This document shows positions 7,717 through 16,720 of a DNA stretch of 32,000 bases, one piece after another. The notes under the pieces are model-generated. The model worked only from the letters and a program-made list of their open reading frames with translations, had not been told where the DNA came from and did no database searches. Source of the stretch: Candidatus Arthromitus sp. SFB-rat-Yit (GTDB lineage Bacteria > Bacillota > Clostridia > Clostridiales > Clostridiaceae); contig NC_016012.1 in the NCBI RefSeq assembly GCF_000283555.1, positions 600,001 to 632,000 on the forward strand, read 5' to 3'. A program made the position numbers and the translations under genes. Numbering within the stretch: position 1 is the first letter of the stretch; each line of letters begins with the position of its first letter.

Positions 7717-8725
7717 ATATTGTAAATGTGCAAATAAGGAATGTTAAGATAAATGCAATTACAGCTTGTACAAATTTTAGAAATATATATCGATTTATTT
7801 TAAACACAGTGTTTTTATAAACAAATGAATAGCATTGAAGAATTATACACAATCCACTAAAGCTACAAAAGAAGCTAATAAGTGAAAGTTTTAATTGGAT
7901 GGATATGTTTGTGTCGCTTAATAATTTTATACCATTTGTTATTTCAAGAATTCCAATAATGATTGATTTTAATATAGGTAGATCTTTTATTAAAATTTGA
8001 GTGTAGAAGTTATTTAGAATAATTTCTTTTAGAAGTGAAAATAGTATTATAAATCCTCCAACCATTGCACATGTCTTCAATGAATTTTCTAATGAAGATT
8101 TTAAAATGTTGCCAAAATTATTTTTAGGATTATTTTTTTTAATAGGGATGCTAGTAACCAAGGTTTCATTCTTAGGATATAGTATGAAAGACATTAACAA
8201 ACAAGATATGTAATTTGAAAATAATAATATGTATCCTAAAAATTTATTTTCGAGAATTGATACGCCAACAGTACCAATAATAAATAATGGACTAGCATTT
8301 GATGCTATATTAGTCATGCGGATGAATTCATTTTTTTTGATCATTTGTTGGTTGTACATATCATTTAGATACTTTATTCCCAATGGGTATCCACATATAA
8401 AACTTATAAGTAGTGGGAAAATAGAATTTTTTGAAATCCTTAGTGGTTTGGATATTATAGGACCAAGTAATTTTCCGAAAATATCTATTCCACCATAGTT
8501 TATTAAAATATTTGTTAAAATTAAAAATGGAAATAAAGTTGGAAAGACTGATTTCATAAACAAATCAGTTCCATTTATAATTGAATCAATTGATGATTTT
8601 GGGAAAATTATTAAGTAGGTTATGAGTATTGTTATTATGAATGTTGTTATGGCGTTTATTTTAGATTTTTCAGAGATATAAAAAATTGATAATATCATAA
8701 CCGATAAAATTAAAAATAATAACAA
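7715..8725 (-). CDS. ylbJ: sporulation integral membrane protein YlbJ (nucleoside-recognition/Gate-domain membrane protein)
   Basis: Polytopic membrane protein with YlbJ-like segments (FPTLFPFLILTNIL, GYPLG, IASNASPLFIIGTVG). It occupies the conserved position opposite rsmD-coaD, as in B. subtilis. The TTG start (8725) is uncertain. Confidence 0.7.
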   Translation of the reverse strand: MLLFLILSVMILSIFYISEKSKINAITTFIITILITYLIIFPKSSIDSIINGTDLFMKSVFPTLFPFLILTNILINYGGIDIFGKLLGPIISKPLRISKNSIFPLLISFICGYPLGIKYLNDMYNQQMIKKNEFIRMTNIASNASPLFIIGTVGVSILENKFLGYILLFSNYISCLLMSFILYPKNETLVTSIPIKKNNPKNNFGNILKSSLENSLKTCAMVGGFIILFSLLKEIILNNFYTQILIKDLPILKSIIIGILEITNGIKLLSDTNISIQLKLSLISFFCSFSGLCIILQCYSFVYKNTVFKINRYIFLKFVQAVIAFILTFLICTFTI

Positions 8726-8806
8726 TTAATTTATCATCCTTTCTTTCGTCTTTATTAATTTTTATGAAAGAAAAAAAATATTATGATATTATAAAATATG
8801 AATAAA

Positions 8807-9997
8807 TTAATATTCCATAACTGGAGGATGTGTAAAGTCATCGTTAGGTAACGTTTTTTTGCTTAAAATAGAATAAGCTCTTGTGCTTAAAATATCTAAT
8901 GCTGCTATTGATGAAGTCTTTTTGTCAAACTTTGAGATTAAATTTATATCGCAAGATTTTTTGATTATGTTTAACAAAGATTTTCCTTTTGAATCAAACC
9001 CGATAATCCTGACATAGTTATGAAGATCCTCAATTTCTTTTATATTATAATTTTCAAATCCTATAAAAAATTTGCAAAGAATTCGACTCAATCTTGAATA
9101 TGGATATCTTTTTGATTTTACATTTAAGATCAAATTATTTAAAGAGTTTGATTTATTAATTTCTGCGTAAAATTTGTTATCAAGTCCTTCGCTTATTTCA
9201 TTGATTTTTGATAATTGTTTATTCGTTAAAAGTTTGTATTTTAAATATGGGAACATATCTTCTCTATTTACAAAACATTTTTCAGTGAAAGATTCTTTTA
9301 AGATTTTAAAAGTTTCTTTTGGAACATGATCTTTGATGATAGATATATCAGAATTATTGTTCAAAATATTTCTTATTGATGTTGCAGATGAAAAAATTTT
9401 ATCTAAAGATCTATCATTATAGTTACTTCCGATTCGTTTAATGGGTAGTGCCTTTATCTTACTGTTTAAAATTTTTAAAGATTTGAGATATTCGATTGCT
9501 AAAATGTTGTTGGAACTTTTCATTAAATTTGTTAAGTTTTCATTTCTAGATTTTTCAAGCACAATTAACTCTTGTACTTTTGCGAATGAATAACCTTTGT
9601 TTAAATATTTGGAATGAATTGTTTTATCTGATTCTATTAAGATATTCGCAATTAAATCTAGGTTTTTTTCATCTGGAATTTCACACCCAAAACAAATGTA
9701 ATCTACGCATTTTAGAGAATTTAGGATTTTAATTGCACCATATGAAAAATTTTCTGCAGAAGACAAGGAAATGTGTACAGGTATTTCTAAACATAAATTA
9801 ACACCATTTTTAATAACAGATTCACAACGTTTAAATTTATTTATAATGCTGGGTTCTCCTCTTTGTATGAAATTACCACTCATGATTGAAATAATTATAA
9901 CATCTTCTGTGTGGAATATTTTTTTGATTTGTTCGATTTGATGGAGATGTCCAAGGTGGAATGGATTATATTCAGATATTATGGCAACAACTTTCAC
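8807..9997 (-). CDS. tmcAL: tRNA(Met) cytidine acetate ligase TmcAL (YlbM/UPF0348 nucleotidyltransferase)
   Basis: VKVVAIISEYNPFHLGHLHQI (HxGH motif) and conserved YlbM-type length. The start is re-set from 10081 to GTG 9997, which is preceded by AAAGGAG with a 9-nt spacing. The 28 upstream codons of the ORF-track call are Phe/Ile-rich AT-rich read-through. Confidence 0.8.
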   Translation of the reverse strand: MKVVAIISEYNPFHLGHLHQIEQIKKIFHTEDVIIISIMSGNFIQRGEPSIINKFKRCESVIKNGVNLCLEIPVHISLSSAENFSYGAIKILNSLKCVDYICFGCEIPDEKNLDLIANILIESDKTIHSKYLNKGYSFAKVQELIVLEKSRNENLTNLMKSSNNILAIEYLKSLKILNSKIKALPIKRIGSNYNDRSLDKIFSSATSIRNILNNNSDISIIKDHVPKETFKILKESFTEKCFVNREDMFPYLKYKLLTNKQLSKINEISEGLDNKFYAEINKSNSLNNLILNVKSKRYPYSRLSRILCKFFIGFENYNIKEIEDLHNYVRIIGFDSKGKSLLNIIKKSCDINLISKFDKKTSSIAALDILSTRAYSILSKKTLPNDDFTHPPVMEY

Positions 9998-10184
9998 TAA
10001 AACAAACTCCTTTTTAAAAATAAATAATAAAAAATATATTATAAATTGTAATATAAAGTAAAATTTTAAACATGTAAACATGTATTGTTTTGATTTTGTG
10101 ATTATAGATAATGGTTGAAGAGTGTAGGTAAGTAGTTTATAATTGAAGTGAGTTTATATTTTGTTGCTTTGGAAGGAGCTATAT

Positions 10185-11183
10185 ATGAGACTATTAGAAA
10201 AAATTATAGAGTCAGCTAAAAATGATGTAAAAAAAATAATTTTACCAGAAGGAACTGAAGAGAGAACTATTAAAGCTACTGAAAAAATTATTAAGGAAAA
10301 AATAGCGAATATTGTATTAATAGGAAATGAAGATGTAATTAAATCTAAGGCTAACAGTTTAGGAGTTAATATAGAGGGTGCAATTATAGTCGATCCAATT
10401 AAGTCAGAAAAATATGATGAATATGTGAATTTATTTTTTGAATTAAGAAAAAATAAGGGTATGACTATTGAAAAAGCTAAGGAAATAGTTAAAGATGAAA
10501 TATATTTTGGGACTTTAATGCTTAAAAATGGGGATGCTGATGGGATGGTTTCTGGTGCCGTACATACAACAGCAGATCTTTTAAGACCTGGAATGCAAAT
10601 AATAAAGACTTCCCCGGGAACAAAAATTGTTTCAAGCTTTTTTATAATGGATGTTCCTAATAAAAATTATGGTCATGATGGAATATTATTTTTTGGAGAT
10701 TCAGCAGTTAATCCGAATCCAACAGCTGAAGAATTGGCATGTATAGCTATATCTACTGCAGATAACGCTAAAGCTTTAAGTGGGGTAGATCCCAAGGTTG
10801 CATTATTATCTTTTTCGTCAATGGGTAGTGCAAAGCATGAGTTGGTAGATAAGGTTATTGAAGCACATAGAATTGCAAATGAGTTAAGACCTGATTTAAT
10901 GATTGAAGGTGAACTTCAATTAGATACTGCGATAGTTGCTGATGTTTGTAAAACTAAAGCACCTAATAGCAGAATTAAAGGAATGGCAAATATTTTAATA
11001 TTCCCAGATCTTCAATCAGGTAATATTGGGTATAAGCTTGTTGAGAGATTAGCTAATGCAGATGCTATAGGTCCAATATGTCAAGGATTTGCTAAACCTT
11101 TAAATGATTTATCAAGAGGGTGTAGTGTGAACGATATTGTAACTATGGTTGCGGTTACAGCAGTTCAGGCTAAAACAAAATAG
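10185..11183 (+). CDS. pta: phosphate acetyltransferase
   Basis: Pta/Ptb family (ILPEGTEERT, DGMVSGAVHTTADLLRP, LIFPDLQSGNIGYK), immediately upstream of ackA. Start re-set to ATG 10185 after SD GGAAGGAG. Confidence 0.9.
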   Translation: MRLLEKIIESAKNDVKKIILPEGTEERTIKATEKIIKEKIANIVLIGNEDVIKSKANSLGVNIEGAIIVDPIKSEKYDEYVNLFFELRKNKGMTIEKAKEIVKDEIYFGTLMLKNGDADGMVSGAVHTTADLLRPGMQIIKTSPGTKIVSSFFIMDVPNKNYGHDGILFFGDSAVNPNPTAEELACIAISTADNAKALSGVDPKVALLSFSSMGSAKHELVDKVIEAHRIANELRPDLMIEGELQLDTAIVADVCKTKAPNSRIKGMANILIFPDLQSGNIGYKLVERLANADAIGPICQGFAKPLNDLSRGCSVNDIVTMVAVTAVQAKTK

Positions 11184-11227
11184 TTATACACTTTGGAAAA
11201 ACATAATTATGTTAAGGAGATAGTGGA

Positions 11228-12424
11228 ATGAAAATTTTGGTTATAAATTGTGGAAGCTCTTCTTTGAAGTATCAATTGATTGATATGGATACAGAAAATG
11301 CAATTGCTAAAGGTCTAGTTGAGAGAATAGGTATATCAGGCTCTAATTTAGAACAAAAAATTGTTGGATCTGATGAGAAGTATAAAGTGGAAGTTGATCT
11401 TAAAGATCATAAAGAAGCTATTGCGTTGGTTTTAGAAACATTATGTGATAAGAGATTTGGATTAATAAAAGACTTAAACGAAATTAATGCTATTGGACAT
11501 AGGGTAGTACATGGTGGAGAAAAATATTCTAAATCTGTTATCGTAGATGAAAATGTTATAAAAAATATAGAAGAGTGTATTAAGCTTGCACCACTTCATA
11601 ATCCTGCGAATCTTATAGGAATAAAAGCGTGTAAAGAGTTGATGAAAGATACCCCTATGGTTGTTGTTTTTGATACAGCATTTCATCAAACTATACCAGA
11701 TAAAGCGTTTATGTATGGATTACCATATGAGTTCTATGAAAAATATTCAATAAGAAAATACGGATTCCATGGAACAAGTCATTTCTTTGTTGCAAATGAA
11801 TGTGCAAAGGCTATGGGTAAAAATATAGAAAATTTAAAAATAATAACTTGCCATTTAGGTAATGGTGCTAGTGTTAGTGCTATTAATGGCGGGAGAAGTG
11901 TTGATACATCAATGGGATTCACGCCATTACAAGGGCTTATGATGGGCACAAGATGTGGAGATATAGACCCTGCAGTTGTAACATTTTTAATAAATGAGCT
12001 TAATATGAGTGCAAAAGAAGTAGATGAACTTATGAATAAGAAATCTGGATTTCTTGGGGTTTCAGGGAAAAGCAGTGATTCAAGAGATATTGAGGATTTA
12101 CAAAAACAAGGCGATAAGAGAGCGGAATTAACTTTAGAAATGTATTGTTATAGAATTAAGTCTTATATTGGAGCTTACATTGCTGCAATGAATGGAGTGG
12201 ATGCTATTGTATTTACTGCAGGTATAGGTGAAAATTCTCCTATTACAAGATATAATGTTTGTAAAGATATGGAGAATCTTGGAATTATAATTGATGAAAA
12301 TAAAAATAATGTAAGAGGAAAGTTGACAGAAATTTCTTCAGATAATTCTAAAGTTAAAGTCTATTTAGTTCCAACGAATGAAGAACTTGTTATAGCGAAA
12401 GATACTCAAGCATTATTGAAGTAA
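11228..12424 (+). CDS. ackA: acetate kinase
   Basis: [40 protein letters not shown]. Full-length canonical AckA. Confidence 0.95.
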   Translation: MKILVINCGSSSLKYQLIDMDTENAIAKGLVERIGISGSNLEQKIVGSDEKYKVEVDLKDHKEAIALVLETLCDKRFGLIKDLNEINAIGHRVVHGGEKYSKSVIVDENVIKNIEECIKLAPLHNPANLIGIKACKELMKDTPMVVVFDTAFHQTIPDKAFMYGLPYEFYEKYSIRKYGFHGTSHFFVANECAKAMGKNIENLKIITCHLGNGASVSAINGGRSVDTSMGFTPLQGLMMGTRCGDIDPAVVTFLINELNMSAKEVDELMNKKSGFLGVSGKSSDSRDIEDLQKQGDKRAELTLEMYCYRIKSYIGAYIAAMNGVDAIVFTAGIGENSPITRYNVCKDMENLGIIIDENKNNVRGKLTEISSDNSKVKVYLVPTNEELVIAKDTQALLK

Positions 12425-12433
12425 TTTTAAATA

Positions 12434-12463
12434 TTGACAATTTATGTAGTAGAATTATATAAT
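12434..12463 (+). promoter_or_regulatory. consensus sigma-A promoter for yceD-rpmF
   Basis: TTGACA (12434-12439), 18-nt spacer, TATAAT (12458-12463). Confidence 0.55.
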
Positions 12464-12523
12464 TTATATGATAATTTAATGTTTAGTCACACATTGGACT
12501 ATTAAGTGAGGTTAAATTAAATC

Positions 12524-13033
12524 ATGCAGATAAATTTGAGAGAATACAAAAAGAATAAGGTTTTAAAGAGGGATGAAGAGTTTTCTATTCCATTACAGGA
12601 TCTTAATGTTTATGATGGAGAAGATTTTAAATTTGTTGATGATATTAGGGTTAAGGCGAATGTATTAATTTCTGATGATTTGATACAATTTAAATTTGAC
12701 ATTCATACGAAATTTAGTTTTAATTGTTCCAGATGTCTAATTGAATTTATTAAAGATTTTGATTTAAAGTGTGACGATGAGATGTTATTAAATAATTTGG
12801 ATGAGGATATTATTTTAGATTCCGACCAAAATTTAGATTTTAAAGGTTATATAAAGAATTGTGTAGTTGTTAGTATACCTCAGAAAAAATTATGTAAGGA
12901 TGGTTGTTTGGGTTTATGTCAAAAGTGTGGCGTAGATTTAAATAATAATAAATGTAGTTGTGAAAAGGAAGAGTTTAGCAATGCATTTTATAAGTTAAAA
13001 GAAATTTTTGCAGATTTTAAGGAGGTGGAGTAA
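12524..13033 (+). CDS. yceD: YceD/YlbN family (DUF177) protein, large-subunit rRNA accumulation factor
   Basis: Cys clusters (CSRCL ... CKDGCLGLCQKCGVDLN...CSC), acidic composition, and the invariant position upstream of rpmF. It overlaps rpmF by 1 nt (TAATG). Confidence 0.8.
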   Translation: MQINLREYKKNKVLKRDEEFSIPLQDLNVYDGEDFKFVDDIRVKANVLISDDLIQFKFDIHTKFSFNCSRCLIEFIKDFDLKCDDEMLLNNLDEDIILDSDQNLDFKGYIKNCVVVSIPQKKLCKDGCLGLCQKCGVDLNNNKCSCEKEEFSNAFYKLKEIFADFKEVE

Positions 13034-13215
13034 TGGGAAATCCAGCGCGTAAATTTTCTAATGGGAGAAGAGATAGTAGGAGAGCACAAACTTTTAAGTT
13101 ATCAGCTCCAAATGTTATGGAGTGTCCACAATGTCATGAAATTAAATTGCCTCACAGAGCATGTAAAAAGTGTGGCTTTTATAATGGTAAGCAAGTTGTG
13201 TCAGTTAAAAATTAA
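13033..13215 (+). CDS. rpmF: 50S ribosomal protein L32 (Zn-ribbon C+ form)
   Basis: MGNPARKFSNGRRDSRRAQ...CPQCHE...CKKCGFYNGKQV. Confidence 0.95.
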   Translation: MGNPARKFSNGRRDSRRAQTFKLSAPNVMECPQCHEIKLPHRACKKCGFYNGKQVVSVKN

Positions 13216-13220
13216 TGGAA

Positions 13221-13261
13221 CTGCCTAAATTAGTTTTTCTAGTTTAGGTAGTTTGTTTTTT
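13221..13261 (+). terminator. intrinsic terminator/attenuator between rpmF and plsX
   Basis: 13-bp stem CTGCCTAAATTAG (13221-13233) / CTAGTTTAGGTAG (13239-13251) with two G-U pairs and a 5-nt loop, followed by TTTGTTTTTT. Confidence 0.65.
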
Positions 13262-13273
13262 AGGGGTAGAAAA

Positions 13274-14266
13274 ATGATTAGGATAGTACTTGATTGCATG
13301 GGGGGAGATAATTCGCCTAAGGCTCATGTAGAGGGTGCGATATTAGCTTCAAAAGAAAATAAGGATTTGTATATAATTTTAGTTGGAAAGAGCAAGGAAA
13401 TTTTGCGAGAGTTAAGTAAGTATGAGTTTGATAAAAATAAAATTAATATAGTTGATGCAGAGGATATTATTTATAGTTATGATGAACCAGTTAAATCTAT
13501 AAGGAGTAAAAAAAGATCAAGTTTGGTTGTTGCACTTAATGAATTAATTGATAAGGATTATGATGGGATTGTATCTACAGGTAATAGTGGTGCTTTTTTA
13601 GTTGGGTGTTTGTTTACCGTGGGGAAGATTAAAGGAGTTTTTAGACCTGCACTTGCTCCTATAATAGATAGAGAAAATGGAAGATTTATTTTATTGGACT
13701 CAGGGGCTAATGTTGATTGTGATGTAAAAAATATTGTACAATTTGCTGATCTTGGTCGGCTTTATTATGAAATATTATTCAAGAAAGATAATCCGACTGT
13801 AAAATTATTAAATATTGGAACAGAAAAGAATAAGGGTAATTCTGTTATTAGAAAGGCGTATGATCAATTGATGAATGATCCAAATATTAATTTCAAGGGG
13901 AATTTAGAAGCAAGAGATATATTTAAAGATGATACAAATGTTGTTGTGTGCGATGGTTTTATTGGGAATATTGCTTTAAAGATAATGGAAGGAACTAGTA
14001 AACATATAATCTCACTTGCTATTAAGGATATTTCAAAAAATTTTTTATATAAGATAGTTGAAAAAATTGTACCGTCTTTTTTGAATAGAGTTAAGGGTAA
14101 ATATGATTATAAAAAATATGGAGGAGCTGTATTTTTAGGTGTCAAAAAAGTATGTGTAAAATCTCATGGGAATTCGAATGAAATTACTATAAAAAATTCA
14201 ATTAATACAGCGTTTAAGCTAGTTAATGAGAAAATTATAAGTTCTATAGAAAAACTTTATTTATAA
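13274..14266 (+). CDS. plsX: phosphate acyltransferase PlsX
   Basis: MIRIVLDCMGGDNSP..., STGNSGA, GANVDC, VCDGFIGN motifs. Start re-set from 13253 to ATG 13274, because the upstream codons overlap the terminator T-run. Confidence 0.92.
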   Translation: MIRIVLDCMGGDNSPKAHVEGAILASKENKDLYIILVGKSKEILRELSKYEFDKNKINIVDAEDIIYSYDEPVKSIRSKKRSSLVVALNELIDKDYDGIVSTGNSGAFLVGCLFTVGKIKGVFRPALAPIIDRENGRFILLDSGANVDCDVKNIVQFADLGRLYYEILFKKDNPTVKLLNIGTEKNKGNSVIRKAYDQLMNDPNINFKGNLEARDIFKDDTNVVVCDGFIGNIALKIMEGTSKHIISLAIKDISKNFLYKIVEKIVPSFLNRVKGKYDYKKYGGAVFLGVKKVCVKSHGNSNEITIKNSINTAFKLVNEKIISSIEKLYL

Positions 14267-14277
14267 AAAATAAGATA

Positions 14278-14306
14278 TTGACTGTTAAACTTTTATAATT
14301 TATTAT
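14278..14306 (+). promoter_or_regulatory. putative sigma-A promoter for acpP
   Basis: TTGACT (14278-14283), 17-nt spacer, TATTAT (14301-14306). Confidence 0.4.
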
Positions 14307-14335
14307 GTTTATGTGATAAATGGGAGGTGAATGTA

Positions 14336-14566
14336 GTGTTTGAAAAAGTAAGAGATATAATTTCTGAAAAATTAAATGTTGATCAAGATGAGATTAAATT
14401 AGAATCATCTATAGTTGATGATTTAGGAGCTGATTCTATAGATTTGATCGAACTTATAATGAACCTTGAAGAAGAGTATGGTATAAGTATATCTGATGAA
14501 GAAGCTGTTAAATTAAAAACAGTTGGAGATGTTGTAGATTTTATAAACTCTCAAGTAGAAAATTAA
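14336..14566 (+). CDS. acpP: acyl carrier protein
   Basis: [22 protein letters not shown] (the phosphopantetheine Ser in the DSxD motif). The GTG 14327 of the ORF track overlaps the SD GGGAGGTG (14322-14329), so GTG 14336 is the more likely start, giving 76 aa as in typical ACPs. Confidence 0.9.
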   Translation: MFEKVRDIISEKLNVDQDEIKLESSIVDDLGADSIDLIELIMNLEEEYGISISDEEAVKLKTVGDVVDFINSQVEN

Positions 14567-14643
14567 GTTTATTTACATATTAGTCGTCTTAAACTGTTAT
14601 TGTGTTTTTGGCGACTTTTAAATTTTGGGGAGAAATATATCGT

Positions 14644-15327
14644 ATGCATGAAACACTTATTGACAAATTTCAAGAGATAATAGGCGTAAAGTTTAAAAAT
14701 ATAGATATATTAAATTTGGCATTAACACATAGTTCTTATGCTAATGAGCGTGGTTTGACAGAATACAATGAAAGACTGGAGTTCCTTGGAGATTCTGTAC
14801 TCCAATTATGTATAACAGAGTATTTGTATAAAAATTGTAAGGATAACAATGAGGGTGATCTTACTCGTAAGAGAGCATCTATAGTTTGTGAGGCATCGCT
14901 TTATAAAGTTGGAGAGAAATGGAAACTTGGAGAATTCATTAAGTTAAGTAAGGGGGAAAAATTAAGCGGTGGTAAAACAAGAATTTCTACTATAGCCGAT
15001 GCAGTAGAGGCGGTTATTGCAGCGGTTTATTTAGATAGTGGATATGAGTTTGCAAAAAAATTTATACTCAAATTTTTCTCATATATTTTGGATACAGGAG
15101 CAATAGTAAATTATTTAGACCATAAAACAAGACTTCAAGAATATATTCAATCTAAAACTACTGATAAGATAAAGTATAGCTTGATTAAGGAGGAAGGTCC
15201 TCCACATAATAAAGTATTTTATGTTCAGGTTATTATTGGTGAAAAAATATATGGATCAGGAACCGGTAAGTCTAAAAAAGAGGCTGAACAAAATGCTGCA
15301 TATAAAACTTTAAAATTATTTGAGTAG
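14644..15327 (+). CDS. rnc: ribonuclease III
   Basis: Signature ERLEFLGDSVL, catalytic DAVEAVIAAVYLD, and a C-terminal dsRBD (GPPHNKVFYVQV...GTGKSKKEAEQNAA). Start re-set to ATG 14644. Confidence 0.93.
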   Translation: MHETLIDKFQEIIGVKFKNIDILNLALTHSSYANERGLTEYNERLEFLGDSVLQLCITEYLYKNCKDNNEGDLTRKRASIVCEASLYKVGEKWKLGEFIKLSKGEKLSGGKTRISTIADAVEAVIAAVYLDSGYEFAKKFILKFFSYILDTGAIVNYLDHKTRLQEYIQSKTTDKIKYSLIKEEGPPHNKVFYVQVIIGEKIYGSGTGKSKKEAEQNAAYKTLKLFE

Positions 15328-15329
15328 TG

Positions 15330-15372
15330 CATTGAATTAGTAGTTTAATTGTGTGAAACTATTAATTCAATG
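15330..15372 (+). other. 17-bp stem-loop 3 nt after the rnc stop codon (not a canonical U-tract terminator)
   Basis: CATTGAATTAGTAGTTT / AAACTATTAATTCAATG with one G-U pair and a 9-nt loop. Only a short, offset T-run follows. Confidence 0.6.
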
Positions 15373-15446
15373 TAAATGTTTTAATGCGTTAATATAGTTG
15401 GAGAAAATTGTAAAAATCTTTTTGAGTAGAAATTTAAAAGGAAAAA

Positions 15447-15473
15447 AAAGGAAAAAGAGGAAATTGATAGAAG
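15447..15473 (+). promoter_or_regulatory. possible sigma-H-type promoter upstream of spoVS
   Basis: AAAGGAAAA fits the -35 consensus RNAGGAWWW. After an 11-nt spacer, ATAGAAG matches 6/7 of the -10 consensus RNNGAAT. B. subtilis spoVS is sigma-H dependent. The region is purine-rich, so a chance match is plausible. Confidence 0.25.
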
Positions 15474-15527
15474 TATATAGGGGACAAATATTTAATAAAA
15501 CTTAAGAGAATTTTGGGAGGAACACTT

Positions 15528-15788
15528 ATGGAAATTTTAAAAGTATCAGCGCAATCTCAACCTAAAGCAGTTGCAGGAGCTCTAGCAGCAGTATTGAGAG
15601 ATAAGGCAGTAGCTGAGGTACAAGCAGTTGGGGCTGGGGCAGTAAATCAAGCGATAAAAGCTATTGTAATTACTAGAGGTTTTGTAGCTCCAAATGGTAT
15701 TGATTTGGTTGTTATACCAGCATTTTCTGAAATATCAATTGATGGTGAAGAAAGAACAGCAATTAAATTTATTGTTGAGCCTAAATAG
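15528..15788 (+). CDS. spoVS: stage V sporulation protein S
   Basis: MEILKVSAQSQPKAVAGALAAVLR...VQAVGAGAVNQAIKAI..TRGF.APNGIDL...P.F.EI.IDGEERTAIKFIVEP is near-identical to the SpoVS family consensus. Start re-set to ATG 15528 after SD GGGAGG. Confidence 0.92.
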   Translation: MEILKVSAQSQPKAVAGALAAVLRDKAVAEVQAVGAGAVNQAIKAIVITRGFVAPNGIDLVVIPAFSEISIDGEERTAIKFIVEPK

Positions 15789-15805
15789 ATTTTTTATATA
15801 AAGGG

Positions 15806-15839
15806 AAAAGGAGTAATATTATTACTCCTTTTGTTTTTT
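15806..15839. terminator. bidirectional intrinsic terminator (spoVS / nfo-like gene)
   Basis: 12-bp stem AAAAGGAGTAAT / ATTACTCCTTTT with a 3-nt loop, followed by a T-run. Confidence 0.75.
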
Positions 15840-15841
15840 AT

Positions 15842-16663
15842 TTACATACTTTCATAAATATTTTTCATTAGCAATGCATCTTTTTCGAGGATTGGGCTTT
15901 CACAAATTATACACCCTTTAATATCATATTTAGCAAAAGCACGAAGACATTCAGTTATATTGAAATCACTTTCTTCAAATGGAAGATGGTTTTTTTCTCC
16001 TTTTGCAGTGTATTCAATTCCAGATAAGTGAACATGAAAATCTTTGAGTGCATCTTCACCTAAATGTTCACCGATGTATTCAAATATTTTGGCAAAGTCG
16101 TCATATTCTTTTAATATTCCATTATATCTTGCGTGTATGTGTGAGAAGTCCACACAAAGTTTTACGTGATCATGATTTTTTACAAGATTACAAAGCTCTT
16201 TTAGATTCCCAAACTGAGTTTCTTTTCCAGTCGTTTCAAGTCTATAATATGATCCTGGTATTACTGGAAGTTTTCCTAATTCTTCATTTACAGAATTGAA
16301 AGTATCTTCTTTTGTTGAATCTAAATAAAATCCTGGATGAAATATAATATCAGTTCCACCCACAGATGACAACGCAAGTATTCCTTTCTCTAATCTTTCT
16401 ATTGACTTTTCTTTTTTTTCAACTTCTTTTGCATTCATATTTATAAAGTATGAGCCATGGGCTGTTATATGAAAATCATATTTTTCACGAGTAGTTTTCA
16501 CAGCTTCACGATTTTTATCTGTTATGTTTACAGATCGAACAAATGGAAGCTCCATTGCAGAAAGCCCAAGTGAATGTAAGTATTCTATCCCAGTTACATA
16601 TGTAAATTTTTCTGATCCATTTCCCATAGGTAGACCAGAAATTCCAAAGATAAGCTTATCCAT
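15842..16663 (-). CDS. AP endonuclease family 2 / xylose-isomerase-like TIM-barrel protein (endonuclease IV-like)
   Basis: Nfo-like metal-ligand pattern: HGSYFINM, IFHPGFY, LETTGKETQFG, CVDFSHIHA, HVHLSG, CESP. It is divergent from canonical Nfo, so the substrate is uncertain. Confidence 0.55.
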   Translation of the reverse strand: MDKLIFGISGLPMGNGSEKFTYVTGIEYLHSLGLSAMELPFVRSVNITDKNREAVKTTREKYDFHITAHGSYFINMNAKEVEKKEKSIERLEKGILALSSVGGTDIIFHPGFYLDSTKEDTFNSVNEELGKLPVIPGSYYRLETTGKETQFGNLKELCNLVKNHDHVKLCVDFSHIHARYNGILKEYDDFAKIFEYIGEHLGEDALKDFHVHLSGIEYTAKGEKNHLPFEESDFNITECLRAFAKYDIKGCIICESPILEKDALLMKNIYESM

Positions 16664-16720
16664 CTTTAATAATTACTCCTTTATAATAATCATTATTTTA
16701 ATTATATCATAATGGGTTTT

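Noticed and set aside
9998-10081. N-terminal extensions in the ORF track: tmcAL 10081, pta 10161, coaD 5566, coiled-coil ORF 6080, plsX 13253, acpP 14327, rnc 14602, spoVS 15513, cmk fusion 18571, rnhA 21186, guaB 21861, permease 23274, guaA 24545
   Set aside because: The extended starts lack an SD or overlap the SD, a terminator or the preceding gene. Internal ATG/GTG/TTG codons with a properly spaced GGAGG-like SD coincide with the N-termini of homologous families, so the shorter models were reported.
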